Shown: positions 1 through 12,164 of the stretch, piece after piece
Position numbering within the stretch: position 1 is the stretch's first letter
Layout of the letters: the number at the start of each line of letters is the position of its first letter
DNA from: Squalus acanthias
Lineage: Eukaryota
Direction of reading: 5' to 3'
NCBI GenBank assembly: GCA_030390025.1
Contig: CM059432.1
Location: 134,046,001-134,110,000 of the forward strand
Length of the DNA: 64,000 nucleotides
The notes under the pieces: model-generated
The model's input: the letters and a program-made list of their open reading frames with translations, nothing else
Database searches by the model: none
Told to the model about the DNA's origin: nothing
Made by a program: the position numbers and the translations under genes

Positions 1-442
1 GAAATGATTGGCAAGTATCTAATATTTGCAGAAATTCCAATTCAAGGAGGTCACGGGTGCCTGAATAAATTTGCACAAGAATATTATTATCCCAAATTTA
101 GCCAATAGATTGTTGAAAATGAGAATATTTCCGAACTATTAGAACAGGCTAGGAAAGTCTTGCCAGCAGCTGAGAATGACTGTTCTAACTATCTTTACAC
201 ACATGGTAGAGCTAACCACACAGATAGAACTGACGCACAGAGTGTCTCACTCTGCTTTCCCATCTTAAGCTAAGAAGGTATTTTACATTTTATTCTACCA
301 GACCAAACAATACATACACTGTTTTGTAACCTTTGCCTCTCTCTGCAAAATTACCCCTCAAACTAGGCAAGCTGTTCCTTTTTCTTACAGAAGGTGGCTT
401 TCATCAGGCACCACAGGGCTGGTATTATTGGTAAAAAGGATG

Positions 443-1006
443 AAGGAACATGCATTTATATAGCACCTTCCACAACCTCAGGACATCACAAACCGCTTTA
501 TAACCAATGAAGTACTTTTGACGTATAGTCACTGTTGTAATGTAGGAAACGCAGCAGCCAATCTGCTCACAGCAAGGTCCCACAAACAGCAATGTGATAA
601 TGACAAAATAATCTGTTTTAAGAACATAGGAACAGAAGAAATAGGAGCAGGAATAGGCCACTTGGCCCCTCGAGCCTGCTCCGCCATTCAATAAGATCAT
701 GGCTGATCTTGGGCTCAAAGCCACTTTTATGGATGTTGATTGAGAGATAAGTATTGGCTAGGACACCGGGGAGAACTCCCCTACTCTTCATCAAAATAGT
801 ACCATGGGATCTTGTACATCTACCTGAGAGGGCACATGGGGCCTCGGTTTAATGTCTCATCCGAAAGACGGCACCTCCAACAATGTAGCACTCCTGTAGT
901 ACTGCAGTGGATTGTCAGCCTAGATTTTGTACTCAAGTCCCTGGAGTGGGACTTGACGCCACAACCTTCTGACTCAGAGGTGAGAGTGCTACCCACTGAG
1001 CCACAG
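443..1006 (-). mobile_element. tRNA-derived Deu-domain SINE (SacSINE1/DeuSINE-like), interrupted at ~620-727 by a CR1 3' tail fragment
   Basis: The minus strand reads a tRNA-like head (CTGTGGCTCAGTGGGTAGCAC...CAAGTCCCAC), a core (GGTGCCGTCTTTCGGATGAGAC...AGATCCCATGG) and an L2-like tail (GGTGCTATATAAATGCA). It is colinear with the copies at 41248 and 45426. Confidence 0.88.
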
Positions 1007-2779
1007 TAGCTGCAGCAAAAGTTTCACCCTGCTACCAGGAGATTATACAGGCCCTAGGGTAACACTGCTGGTTTACGCAGTGATAATCACATGGGTTCAT
1101 GGTAGATTTTCACTAGTTCAAAGAGTGCTTGTGCACCAACCGTGAAAAACACACGTAGTGTCATTGTAACAACCACAGGCATACAGTATCACTAACATCC
1201 AAAGGTAGACCCGGGCATGCAAGTGACAAGCACAGTTGGAGCAGCTCCCACCAATGATGTGGAAGCATTGAGGTCCACAATCCAAGATGCAATAAGTGTC
1301 AATTTCAACACCCCGTGAAGCAGACTGGGGACAAACGTCAAGGAGAGATTCAGAGACCTTGCATTGCAGCAATCTAATGATATCTGTACACAGACAAAGA
1401 TTGCTCTAACCCGCCTTGTGCACAACTGAAATCAGGACACTGCCCCCCATAGTGGCATGCATGCAGAATCACAGGAAAAGATCGGTGGCTCTCAGGTAAT
1501 TCTTTGCCAGCATCTATCCCTGGGGAAGTGACAGGAGAAGCACTGTAAAGCATGAAGGCCCCCTCCCCATAGACAGAATGGGATAGGTTAATCCTGGTAC
1601 ATAAGCAGGACTGCCTGAGTCTGGAACATGTGGAGTTGAGCAGCCATTGGAATTGCAAGTGGAGTTCCCACCACATATAGTGGGCGCATTCATGCTAACA
1701 CGATTTGCCCACTATACATGGTGGATGCTAAAACCATTGGATTCCCTGGTGCCTAAGATTTTGGAGAAGTAAGGATCTAGGATCCCTAATCTAGTTGAAA
1801 AGTGGTGGGGACTGTATTCCATGATGCTAAATCGATCCAAAATCAGATAATGATTTATTTAAATGGATGCCAACATGTCACTGTCCCTACATTACAACAG
1901 TGACTACACTTCCAAAGTACATCATTGGCTGTAAAGCGCTTTGGGATGGCCTGAGGTCCTGAAAGGCGCTAGAGAAATATCACTTATTTCTTTCTTTTAG
2001 CGAGGTTTAGCTGATTGAAGCTGCCCAAAGCCCCCATCAGCTGTTCCTGGGGCATTAAAAACAGGTAAAAGGAATGGATAGCACTCAGAGGCACTCAAAT
2101 GTTCAGGTAAATAGTTAACAGCACTTAATTGCACTTTAACGAGGTGCGGAAAGCTTACTGAACTTCCCGAAATAGCTGGCCCGCTTAGTGTGTCACAAGC
2201 AGTACCGTTGTAATTGAATTCAATGGTAATGGCAAATAGTTGGCGCCATTTGCCCGATGTAGGTGGCAGCCAATGATAATCGAGGACGGTGTAAGTGGTG
2301 GGGACTCTAGGTCCTGAGCAGATCTCTCAGGAAGTCTCTGCACTTACTCCTTCCAAAAGGGCAATCATTTAGGAGTAGTGCAGAAGAAACAAGATGGCCC
2401 ACTAGTTCACAAAGTACAAGGGGACAGCAAAGCAAGTGCATCATGTTAATTATGTTGCACACATGCATTCTTATATTATTAAAAGCCAACATCGAACATA
2501 ATAAACTTTGTATTCAGCACTTGACAAGGTAAAAATGATGCAACAAAACAATTTGTGTGGCACAAAACAATGAGAGCAAAGAGGCATTTAGTCTTGTATC
2601 CCCTCAGAAAGCATGGGGCCAATTTTAGTTCAAATGTTTGTAGAAAGTTCTGCTTTCTATCCTTATGTTTGCAGAAAGGGCTGTGTGCAGGCCTCAAGGG
2701 AGAAAAAAATCAGTGATAGATGCCCATCACAGGTCTGCCACATTTGGTACTGGCTGGTGCGCTGTGGGGAGTTCATGTT

Positions 2780-3640
2780 TTCCCTCCTCCTCCTCCTAGG
2801 GCCTGCTTTGCTGCAGCTATCTTTTGAGAAACATGCAGTTGTCTCTCTCAATAGCAATATCGTTCAGTATACAACACACTACTATAACATTGCTACCTTG
2901 CACCCGATCATTCTGCAAGACAGCAACAGAATGTTCTGGCTATCAGAGATGTTTCAGGAGAGTCTGCCTTGTGAATATGCATCATAGTCGGCCCTTCCTT
3001 GTGGGGTCTGGGGGGATCCACAGAAGTATCACTATCTACCTTTGACGTGGGTAACCGTATATTCCAGAAGTTGAACTTACATTCTATTTTCTACCTCAAA
3101 CAGTTGAGGTACCCTTGATTCCCTCTAGTTGTCTGCGATTCTTGCGTGCTTCCTGGAAAAATAAGCATTTAACCTTCATCATTTGTTTCCAATGACGTCA
3201 CACCATCTAAATGTTGAAGGAGCAGTACTCCATTCTGTTGATAAAAGACACGATACTGCCTGCGGTTGCTTAAATGTCATGTGCGCAATCAATGGTACCT
3301 TGGATTCAGGGAATGCCACATGACTGATAAAATTATAATTGCCCCTAGAGCTGGTGCTGCATACTGCTTTTTGAACTTCATGCAGTGGAAGATGGTATCT
3401 GTACTGGCTTATTCAATTGATGTATTTTGCTAGTACCTGGAAGCACCCAGTGACGTGGAAGTTGACTGAGAGCACTATCTGGGTGTTGCTCCTTGGCAAC
3501 AGGTCCAGTTGCAGGAACCAGCACAGACCTGAGCTTGCATCTGTGCCAAGGCACCGTCTCCTTACCCACTGTCCCTCATTGAGATCCAGGTAGATGACGC
3601 ATCAGCCGTACTCATTTTTCATCATGTAGTAGCAAATCCT
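2780..3640 (-). pseudogene. Decayed PIF/Harbinger (HARBI1-like DDE) transposase
   Basis: Manual minus-strand translation across stops and frameshifts gives, in the correct order, YLDLNEGQWVRR, VLSVNFHVTGCFQ, GIP*IQGTIDCAH, FINRMEYCSFNI*MV, VIVVCCILNDIAIER and an acidic tail. These match Harbinger motifs (ALNFYATGSFQ, GAIDCTH, NRKGYHSINVQ, CCxLHN). Confidence 0.75.
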
Positions 3641-4156
3641 CTTAGTCCTCCTTCTATAGCAATGATCATCCAGGGCTGTAGCCTCCCACTCTTGCCATTG
3701 TTCTTCCTCCAAACCATCCTGTAGAGTTCACTGAAAGGGTTTTTTTTAGGCAATATTCCCTGCTCCACTCATCACTGGAACTTTGCCCATTGTCTTTGAT
3801 GCTTGAATGCCAACTTTAAATGGGACAAAGTAATGCGATGTGGAAATGAAGTAAGTCTTGAGTAAATCTGCATGTTCCACATTAATCACCGCTGAACAAG
3901 CAAAAAAAAGTGTTAACGGTGAGTCTGCATTAACAAGTTTAGAGACCTGGGGAAAAAAAGCATTAAAGTTTCTGTTAACGCTAATGCACAAAATTACTAC
4001 ACCCATTAGTGCACACTTTGTATATCCACTGAGCAAATGAAACCTCTTTATCATAACACCTGAGGATATACGTTTGGAACTAGCCCAGGCTGTAAGGATC
4101 CTACGTGAAATAAAGCTAGGCAGTCTTAACCCAGTTCCTAGTAGCTGTTGACGCAA

Positions 4157-5310
4157 ACAGCAACAACCTGCATTTATACAGCATCTTTAATGTAGTAAAA
4201 CGTTCCACAGGGCTTCACAGGAGTGTAATCAGACAAAAATTTTGACATCGAGCCACGTAAAGAGATAATGGGCCGGATATTCCGACCCCCATGGGTGGGT
4301 ACGAGGTGTGTACTCACCCATAGGGGCCTCGCAAGTGCCGGTTTCAGACAAGCGAAGCGCATGCACTGAAAACCGGCTCTTCCGATCTGTCAAGAATTCT
4401 CTTGACAGATCATCCGCCTGCCCGGGAAAAGTGCCTCCGCGGGCAGAGAGTTCCGCTTTCTGCACAACCTCCGCCGCTAAAAACCTTAAAAAATCTTACA
4501 CCTGGTAGAAGCAGCCGTAAGGCCTACTTTTACCAGCATAAGAGTTTAAAAAATAAAAAATATTTTTTTTTCACTCATTTACAATTTAAAAATACTTTAA
4601 AAAAGTAAGTGTATTTTTAGCCCCGTAAAAATCTTTAATTATTTTTTTCATAAAATTACATTTTTGTTTAAAATATTTAATTGAATGTAATTTTAACTCA
4701 TTTTAAATACGTGATTTTTAAAAAATTTATTTAATGCTTAACTGTGTTTTTAAATGTGATCTCCATTCATACTTTTGACAGATCTATGCGTAGAGACCTG
4801 TCAAAAGTGTGAAGGGGGATTCCCTTCTTGGGTTGGTTCCCCATGGCCCACGTGATCCCAGGGACGCTTGCGAATCGCCTGCGCCCTGGGATACTTGGGC
4901 CTCTGCACGCGCGCACCAGGAGAGGCCCAGGAGCGGAAGTGTCGGGGCCTACGGAGCCAGCAGGTAAGTGCGTAGATTTCTCCCGATCGGAGGCATCCGC
5001 ACGCAGGAAGCCTCCGATCGGAAAATCCGGCCCAATAGGACAGGTGACCAAAAGCTAGGTCAAAGAGGTAGGTTTTAAGGAGTGCCTTAAAGAAGGAGAG
5101 AGAAGTAGAGAGGTGGAGAGGTTTAGGGAGGGAATTCCAGAACTTAGGGCCTCGGCAGCTGAAGGCACTGCTGTCAATGGTGGAGCGATTAAAATCGGGG
5201 ATTTGCAAGAAGTCAGAATTGGAGGAGCGCAGAGATTGTGGAGGGTTGTAGGGCTGGAGGATGTTACAGAGGTAGGAGGGGCAAAGCTCTGGAGGGATTT
5301 GAAAACAAGG
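4157..5310 (-). mobile_element. L2 LINE 3' fragment split by a MITE
   Basis: ORF 4801..5373 (-) contains the L2 ORF2 C-terminus (PSYLCNILQPYNPPQSLRSS...WNSLP...LKTYLFD). The tail with (CAA)n lies at 4157-4266. Confidence 0.85.
4270..5033. mobile_element. PIF/Harbinger-type MITE, family A (AT-rich core), copy 1
   Basis: Terminal inverted repeats (TIRs) are GGGCCGGATATTCCGA / TCGGAAAATCCGGCCC, with TSD AAT at 4267-4269 and 5034-5036. Removing it restores the L2 tail GAGATA(A/T)TAGGACAGGTGACC seen at ~47323. Confidence 0.88.
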
Positions 5311-5869
5311 ACATTTTCCTTGCAAAGCACAAAGCACAACAACTGGCCATAACTCAGCAAAAACTGCCTCCAAGGGTTTGGATGGCTGGTTTGGGAATTG
5401 GAAATATCACATTGGTGCAGCAGGGGCTGTTCCTTCAAGGTGGTGCTCAGACGCATTTTGGGGGCAGAGTAGAAGGAGCTTTAACCCACAGTTGGCTGTG
5501 CCGTATCTAACCTAGGAATACTTGATACTGGCCCTGGAGTCAAATAACGCAAGCGTTTTGGTGCTGAATATGGAATTAATCCCTCAAATAGAAGAGTGGG
5601 GATGAGGCTGGAATCAAATAACAAGCACAGAATTCATGAGGGAATTGTTCAATTCCCACACACAATTGAAACAGATTCTTAGCGATGGGCCTTCTTCTTG
5701 TATCAGAACCATTTTACTGCTGGGGAAAAGTGAAAGGAGGGAGACAACAGAAAGACCATTGTATGCATAATTTTCCATATAACCGATGTAAAGATCCCAC
5801 AAATCAGTCACTAAGAAGCTTTTCAACACCACCTATTATAATGATCAAACTTGGAATATTTTCCAACTT

Positions 5870-6040
5870 TTTTTAATAGCATAGATGCATTTAAGGGGAG
5901 ATAAGCATAGAAGATTATGCTGTTAGGGTTAGATGAAATAAGGTGGGAGGAGGCTCGTGTGGAGCATAAACACCAGCATGGACCAGTCGGGCTGAATGGC
6001 CTGTTTCTGTGTTGTACATTCTATATGATTCTATATAATA
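5870..6040 (+). mobile_element. CR1-type LINE 3' end fragment
   Basis: GATGCATTTAAGGGG...GGGCTGAATGGCCTGTTTCTGTG followed by TTCTAT-like terminal repeats. Confidence 0.65.
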
Positions 6041-6635
6041 ATTGTTGTTCCCTCTGGATTTGTACCCCAGATCTTTACGAAATTATAAGACCCTATCATT
6101 TTAAACGTCGTTACATAGAATTGCATAGAATGTAATGATGTTTATGCTCCACATGAGCCTCAATTTTTACCTTAAGATTTCTTGTGTCAACACGCAAGCA
6201 TTCAGAAGTGGGAAAAGTTTTGCAATTACCTGAAAAATGAGCAGTTGCTTTATTTATTTTTTTCCCCTTTCTAAACGTCTTCCCTGACATGGGATGGTAA
6301 ATGATAATTAGAGTCAATATAATCATTTGCTGAGAGAGCACCTTGTCCTTGCACTGTTTATATCATCAAAGATCTGCCTTTAGGCTTTAACTTGTTAATA
6401 ATTTAAGGTGTGCTCTGCATACTTTTATCAGGAAGCCTGGTTATTGAGTTTGTAAACCAGATGATGATTTATGGTAACACCTCTACATGAGTCATGCTCA
6501 TTAAATGGGACAGCGCAGAGCAATCATGAGCACGGGGTGTAACATCATTCTGCTTGTGGAGGGTAGAAAACATTTGGGTCCGTATTACAAAGTTTATTTT
6601 GTCACATAAACCCGCTGTTGCGCCTTTGCCCTCTT

Positions 6636-6870
6636 AGAATCATAGAATCAGAAAATGATACAGCACAGAAGGAGGCCATTCGGCCCATCGTGCCTGTGTT
6701 TTCCACTTCAAGTATTTTTCCAAATCCCTTTTGAAAGTTGCTACTGAATCTGCTTCCACCGCCCTTTCAGGCAGCGCATTCCAGATCATAACAACTCGCT
6801 GCGTAAAAAAATGTTTTCCTCATGTCGCCTCTGGTTCTTTTGCCAATCACCTTAAATCTGTGTCCTCTTG
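6636..6870 (-). mobile_element. CR1 LINE 3' end fragment
   Basis: AGAATCATAGAATC...GGAGGCCATTCGGCCCATCG followed by the reverse complement of the ORF2 C-terminus (FFTQRVV-IWNALP). Confidence 0.75.
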
Positions 6871-7074
6871 GCTTGAATTCAACATTATTTGCATTTTAAA
6901 AGGAAAGTTGACAAATATTTGAAAAACAGAAAAATTTAAAAGGGTTCGGGGCTAGGTTAGGGGAGTAGGACTAAGTGGATAGTTCTTTTAGAGAGCCAGC
7001 GCAGGTGTGATTGGCTGAATGCTTTCCTTCTATGCTGTAAGATTCTTATAAGCTATTAAGGAGGCTCCATAGTA

Positions 7075-7690
7075 CAGATTTTGATTGTTAACTGATCTGA
7101 GCCAATGCCAGCAATCGAGGCACTACAATTGGTCTCGGCACCCCTGGATTAGAGAGCATAAAATCTAGGGTTGCCAACTCTGGTTGGACATATTCCTAGA
7201 GGTTTCATCACATGACATTTTCGCCTCCAACCGCCCTGCCCAGTCAAACAGCACTTTTCCCCCAATCTGGAATATTTTCTATAACTAATAAACAGAAGTG
7301 TTCAAAGAAAATGAAAACAACGCACAATCCTTTTAACGCCGCTATGATTTTACTCCTGTGTTGCACGCAGCGACGTCCCGGGGATTAATCTTTAATTACT
7401 GGAGACTCAGGGGCAATCCTGGAGGGTTGGCAACCCTGATAACATTGCCCATGGTTCCTGCTAGCGATCACTACTCAGCGGCCCCCTCCTGGGAAAAGTC
7501 GCGCGTGGGGACTATGGGTGAGGATAGAGTTAAGCTCGGATACGGTGCCCCTACATCGAACAATCTGCCAGCACTCACCAGCTCATACGTGAGTAATGCC
7601 CATTTGGGCAAGTGTGCCTATTGCGCATGGAACCATATCCCAGCAAAGAGTCAAGAGCTTCAGGAAAAGAGGAGAGGGAGAGAAAAATCA
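7075..7690 (+). mobile_element. Old SINE (LF-SINE-like) split by a hAT-type MITE
   Basis: It shares blocks (CTACAATTGGTCTCGGCACCCCTGG; ATGGAACCATATCCCAGCAAAGAGTCA...CTTCAGGA) with copies at ~42248-42715, ~44140-44840 and ~52230-52450. The family name is from recollection. Confidence 0.5.
7166..7438. mobile_element. hAT-type MITE
   Basis: TIRs are TAGGGTTGCCAAC / GTTGGCAACCCTG, with an imperfect 8-bp TSD ATAAAATC / ATAACATT. Confidence 0.75.
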
Positions 7691-9917
7691 GTGGGGAAAA
7701 ATATAGTTTTAAGGAAGGGATCATTATCTAAAATTAAAAAATGTACACCATAACTTCTGATGTGACGTGATAACAGCTCAGTTCTTTGAACAGTGAATTC
7801 AGTTTATCTGCTATTCTAGAATGAACAGTGCTGTACTAGGAAGGGTGTAGAAGTGTTCGACTAGGGTAGAACAGCCTGAACTGTTACCAGTAGCAACGCA
7901 TCTGCTCTGCTATGTCCAAGGTGGTGGCGGACTGCAACTCTATTTTCATTTCCATAATGCTCTTTTTAAAATGTTTAAATTTTGCCATCTTCACCGTTAT
8001 TGAAAAGATTCCTGCAGATTTTATTGAATACTGCCAATAAGTAGACAGTTGAAAGCCAGAAATTCTCTCCAAAGAAATAGAGGAATGAATTACCTTTCAC
8101 CACTTTGGGAGTTCCTAGAGGCTAGTTAATAGTGTTAGCATCAATAATACACTTAGGCTCACGCACATTTTACTATCCGTCTTTGATGCTTTCCAATCAC
8201 CGTTTTATGTATTTTCTGAAATGTGAAAAGCTCATTTTTGCACAGTTCATGGCAACTCTTAAACCACTTTGCTTAAATAATTGAGTACAAACAAGTACCA
8301 GCTCATAAAAGTAAATTGGGGCAAATATTGGTTCATGAAAGCCTTGCCACTTCTTTAATTGTGCATTGCAACTAATTGTTAAAAAGATGGTTTCCTCTGC
8401 TATTATTGAATGTGCAGTTCCACAAAGTGCCTGGAGGCTAGAGATGATTTCTTTGCTGTGGATGCAATCAGCTCTGACCAATCAGTAATGAGGGTTAATC
8501 AGCTGATCGATTGGTCCCTGAACAGTTCTGTGCTGGCTCCTCTCTGACTGGCTCTAGCCTGGCCTGAGGGCAAGGGTTGAGAACTTTTAATTATCAGCAG
8601 CTACTCCACTGATTGAATGGTCAATGGCTTTACTACTCAGGCATCACATCTTGAATAATAATAGAAAACAATGCAAGCTCAGAATAGTACAAACAGTGGG
8701 CTAGCAAGACACTTGGAATGGGTGTGTCGAAAGATAAGGAGAAACCTAATTTCATGAAGAGAAAAAGAGAATTTAAGGATCTTCTGGAATAACTGACTTG
8801 CAAAATTGTTCAACAGTTTCAAATGAGCTTTATTTGGGAGAGGGTGATTTTTTTTTAAAAAAACCTTCCATCAAAAGCAGACAAAAGGTCTTGTTCCAAA
8901 ATCATTGCAGTATGATTTCACACGCATTTAGACATACGCACCCTGCACAACACTTTGTGCCAGCTTCATTACTATTTATATTTCCATACACTGGCATTGT
9001 GCAGTCAATTCATAATTGTCCAGTTTTTCTAATTAATCACAAAAGATTTTTGTTTTGCCTCCAGCTAATTCTGGGGTGACTCACAATGGCAAGCCACAGC
9101 TCATACATCAAACACAGGCCTTATTTTGCTGGATCCTTCTGCTGGGGAATGTTGCTTTGCTTCTTACTACCACGGAGGTATTCACTGGGCATGTGCAGCC
9201 TGCAGCAAAAGGAGAAAAGCGTTGAGATCTGTCCTCAGCCTTGTGACTTGTTATTTTTATCATATGATGCTTTCTGGGGCTGTAATAGCTCTGGATATTT
9301 TGACACAATTTAATTTGTTGACACAAGTGCCTAACTCTCTTAAAGTTCGGAGCAAAAGCAACGGGATGTAGCAGGGGTCGGCAGTCAGCACTTCCAACAC
9401 AGTTTCAATATTCGAAACATTTTTGCTGTTGGAAGATGGAAAAAGAATGTCCCTAATAAATACTCAATCGTCCACTGTCAGGGACCCATTCAACAAAGGT
9501 TACGGATTACGCAGAATTTGAAAAAAGGAGGAAATCAAAAATGATCTCCACTGTGTTTAGAATAAGAAAACAGAGTTTTAAAAATGGTCTCAGCGTCCCT
9601 AGGTTAGGGAGGGAAAATTGGCCGTGGATCTTGCTCCCAGTCACTATCCTGCTGGAAGTGCCTATATATAGATGTCAGGTGAGCACCAGATGCCCTCTTG
9701 GCTGAATTGTCCGCTGAAGCACACTGTATAGGCTCGTTCGTGCAGAACTGACTTGGCCGAGGTAACCCCAAGGTGACCACTGCCCGTAGAACCTTACTTA
9801 GAAAGGAGTCGATGCCCTGAGCGAAGGAGGAGTGAAAATGGGCAGAAAAAGGAGCAAAGAAGAGAAAAAAAGAAAGTACAATTTTAAAAAGGTCTTCTGA
9901 TAGTTCTCCCCGGTGAC

Positions 9918-10245
9918 TCTTCACACAAAGGGTAGTGGAAATCTGGAACTCCAGTAAGCTGTGAGGCGAGGGGGTCAATTGAAAATTTCACAACTGAGAT
10001 TGATAGATTTTTTGTTAGAAGGAAAGACTTGCACTTATATAGCCCCTTTCATGACCTCAGGATGTCCCAGAGCGCTTTACAGCCAATGAAGTACTTTGAA
10101 GTGTAGTTACTGTTGTAATGTTAGGCATGGGTATGAAGGGTTACAGAACCAAGGCGGGTAGATGGAGTTAAAATACAGATCAAGCCATGAGCCAATTGAA
10201 TGGCCAAACAGGCTCGAGGAGCTGAATGGCCTACTCCTGTTCCTG
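9918..10245 (+). mobile_element. CR1 3' end with an inserted antisense SINE tail (~10020-10102)
   Basis: TTCACACAAAGGGTAGTGGAAATCTGGAAC...GAATGGCCTACTCCTGTTCC, with internal GAAAGACTTGCACTTATATAGC...GTTGTAATGT. Confidence 0.7.
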
Positions 10246-11289
10246 CGTTCATTTGACTCAAGTATATCTAGTGAATACTTGAGCCATACAGACCATGAGT
10301 GCCCCAGATTCAATCGCAGTCTGTGTTGAGTTAACCCTGTGTTAGGATGTCATGTAACAACACGATCAGACCCTACATAGGTATGTCACCCACGGTTGAA
10401 TGGCTTGAAAGATATTCATTGCCGGGGCTCACACATGAAGAATGGCCACGTGGCCATGCTAGTTCCCATGGAACCATATTCAGGAACGAGTCTGCACTTT
10501 CGAAGGAGGAGGGGGGAAAAAACTCCTTAATCCTGTCGTGCTTTGTTATAAAAATGAATCATTGCTAATATCAAATACCGAGCAGATTACTTCAACACAG
10601 CGATTGCGGAAAAGCTATGAAAATGTCACAGGAATGCAACTATGACTGTTTCAAAACTGGTCCTATGCATTTCAGTGAATCGATGCACTAGAATTTTAAG
10701 AACTGCACCTCTAGCACTGCTCAATCAGGTTTTACACTGAATGTTACTTGAACATAAGCCAGGAAAGCAAGACCAGAGGACATCAATTTAAATGAGTGAA
10801 AAATAGTTTAAAACCAGATACTAGGAAACGCTTGGGTACCCAAAAAATAGAAAAGGCTTGAAACAATTTGCCAGGTGGTGTAAGAGAGGCAAGAACAGTG
10901 AGACATTTAAAAAGAGATTGCATGCTATAATGGGAGAGTTAGGGTACTAGAGAGATAATCTTAAGTGGGCCAGGCAGCCTTTCTCCTCCTGGACTTTTCT
11001 TATGCTATTTGCAACAAAGCTTGTGCATTTGGGATATATTGACCTCTTTTGTGAATAAAGGATTAATTCCCCTTATATATTGTAGAAGTTAATAAATCCA
11101 AATCAAAAATGGTAGGTGCCAGTGATTTTGCTAAGGATGAGTTCTTCCAATTAATCCATGAGTGGTTATGAAAGTAAATTGGACAATCACATCCCACTTA
11201 GAATACCCTATTCACACTTCTCAAGCAGTGAAGTTGCTAGTGAACCAGTATTTTATTCAGCTGTGGAGTGCGCAAAACTCGCAAAAGGT

Positions 11290-11500
11290 TATTTCATGGA
11301 CTAAGACTGGGAGGATTTGATTGACAACGTATTAGAAAAATGCAGTAAACTTCTTCATCCAGGAGGAGAGGGGTAGCAAACCTGGGCAGGATTCAAAGAG
11401 CCCGACAGTCTATCACCAACTGGGTCACCTCAAGGTCAACCATTGTGAGGATAGGAGGAGGTCAACAAGATATTTTATGACGTGAAAACAAATGACAAGG
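11290..11500 (+). pseudogene. Possible highly decayed Harbinger Myb/SANT partner-gene relic
   Basis: Fragments FMD*DWEDLIDNVLEKCSKLLHPGG, ITNWVTSRSTIVR and EVNKIFYDVK lie in different frames and follow the order of the clearer relic at 55880-56110. Confidence 0.3.
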
Positions 11501-11652
11501 AAAGGCAAGAATATTATCCTCTGTTAATGTGGCGATGAAGGGCATGTATGGGTGACGTTTAAAAGTGGGAGTTAAATATATCAATGACAAAAAAGTAATG
11601 CTGACACAGGTGAATTTGCAGATGCCATCTTAGCAATTTTTAATGTGGAGGT

Positions 11653-12108
11653 AAAGAAAGAAATATTTGCATTTATATAGCGCCTTTCACGACCGCAGGA
11701 CATCCCAAAGCGCTTTACAGCCAATGAAGTACTTTTTTGAAGTGTAGTCACTGTCGTAATGTAGGAAATGCGGCAGCCAATTTGCGCACAGCAAGCTCCC
11801 ACACACAGCAATGTGATAATGACCAGATAATCTGTTTTAGTGATGTTGATTGAGGGTTAAATATTGGCCAGGACACCAGGGAGAACACCTCTGCTCTTCT
11901 TCTAAATAGTGCCATGGCACTAGAGAGCAGACGGGGCCTCGTTTTAACAGCTCATCTGAAAGACGGCACCTCCAACAGTGCAGCGCTCCCTCAGTACTGC
12001 ACTGGAGTGTCAGCCGAGATTTTTGTGCTCAAGTCTCTGGAGTGGGACTTGAACCCACAACCTTCTGACTCAGAGGTGAGAGTGCGGCCCACTGAGCCAC
12101 TGCTGACA
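11653..12108 (-). mobile_element. Deu-domain SINE (small internal deletion)
   Basis: Head, core and tail are colinear with the other copies, and it ends in (TTTC)n on the minus strand. Confidence 0.9.
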
Positions 12109-12164
12109 TGTTAAAGGACCTATATATGGATAATAAAGTTAAAATTGGGAGTTGTAATACATAA

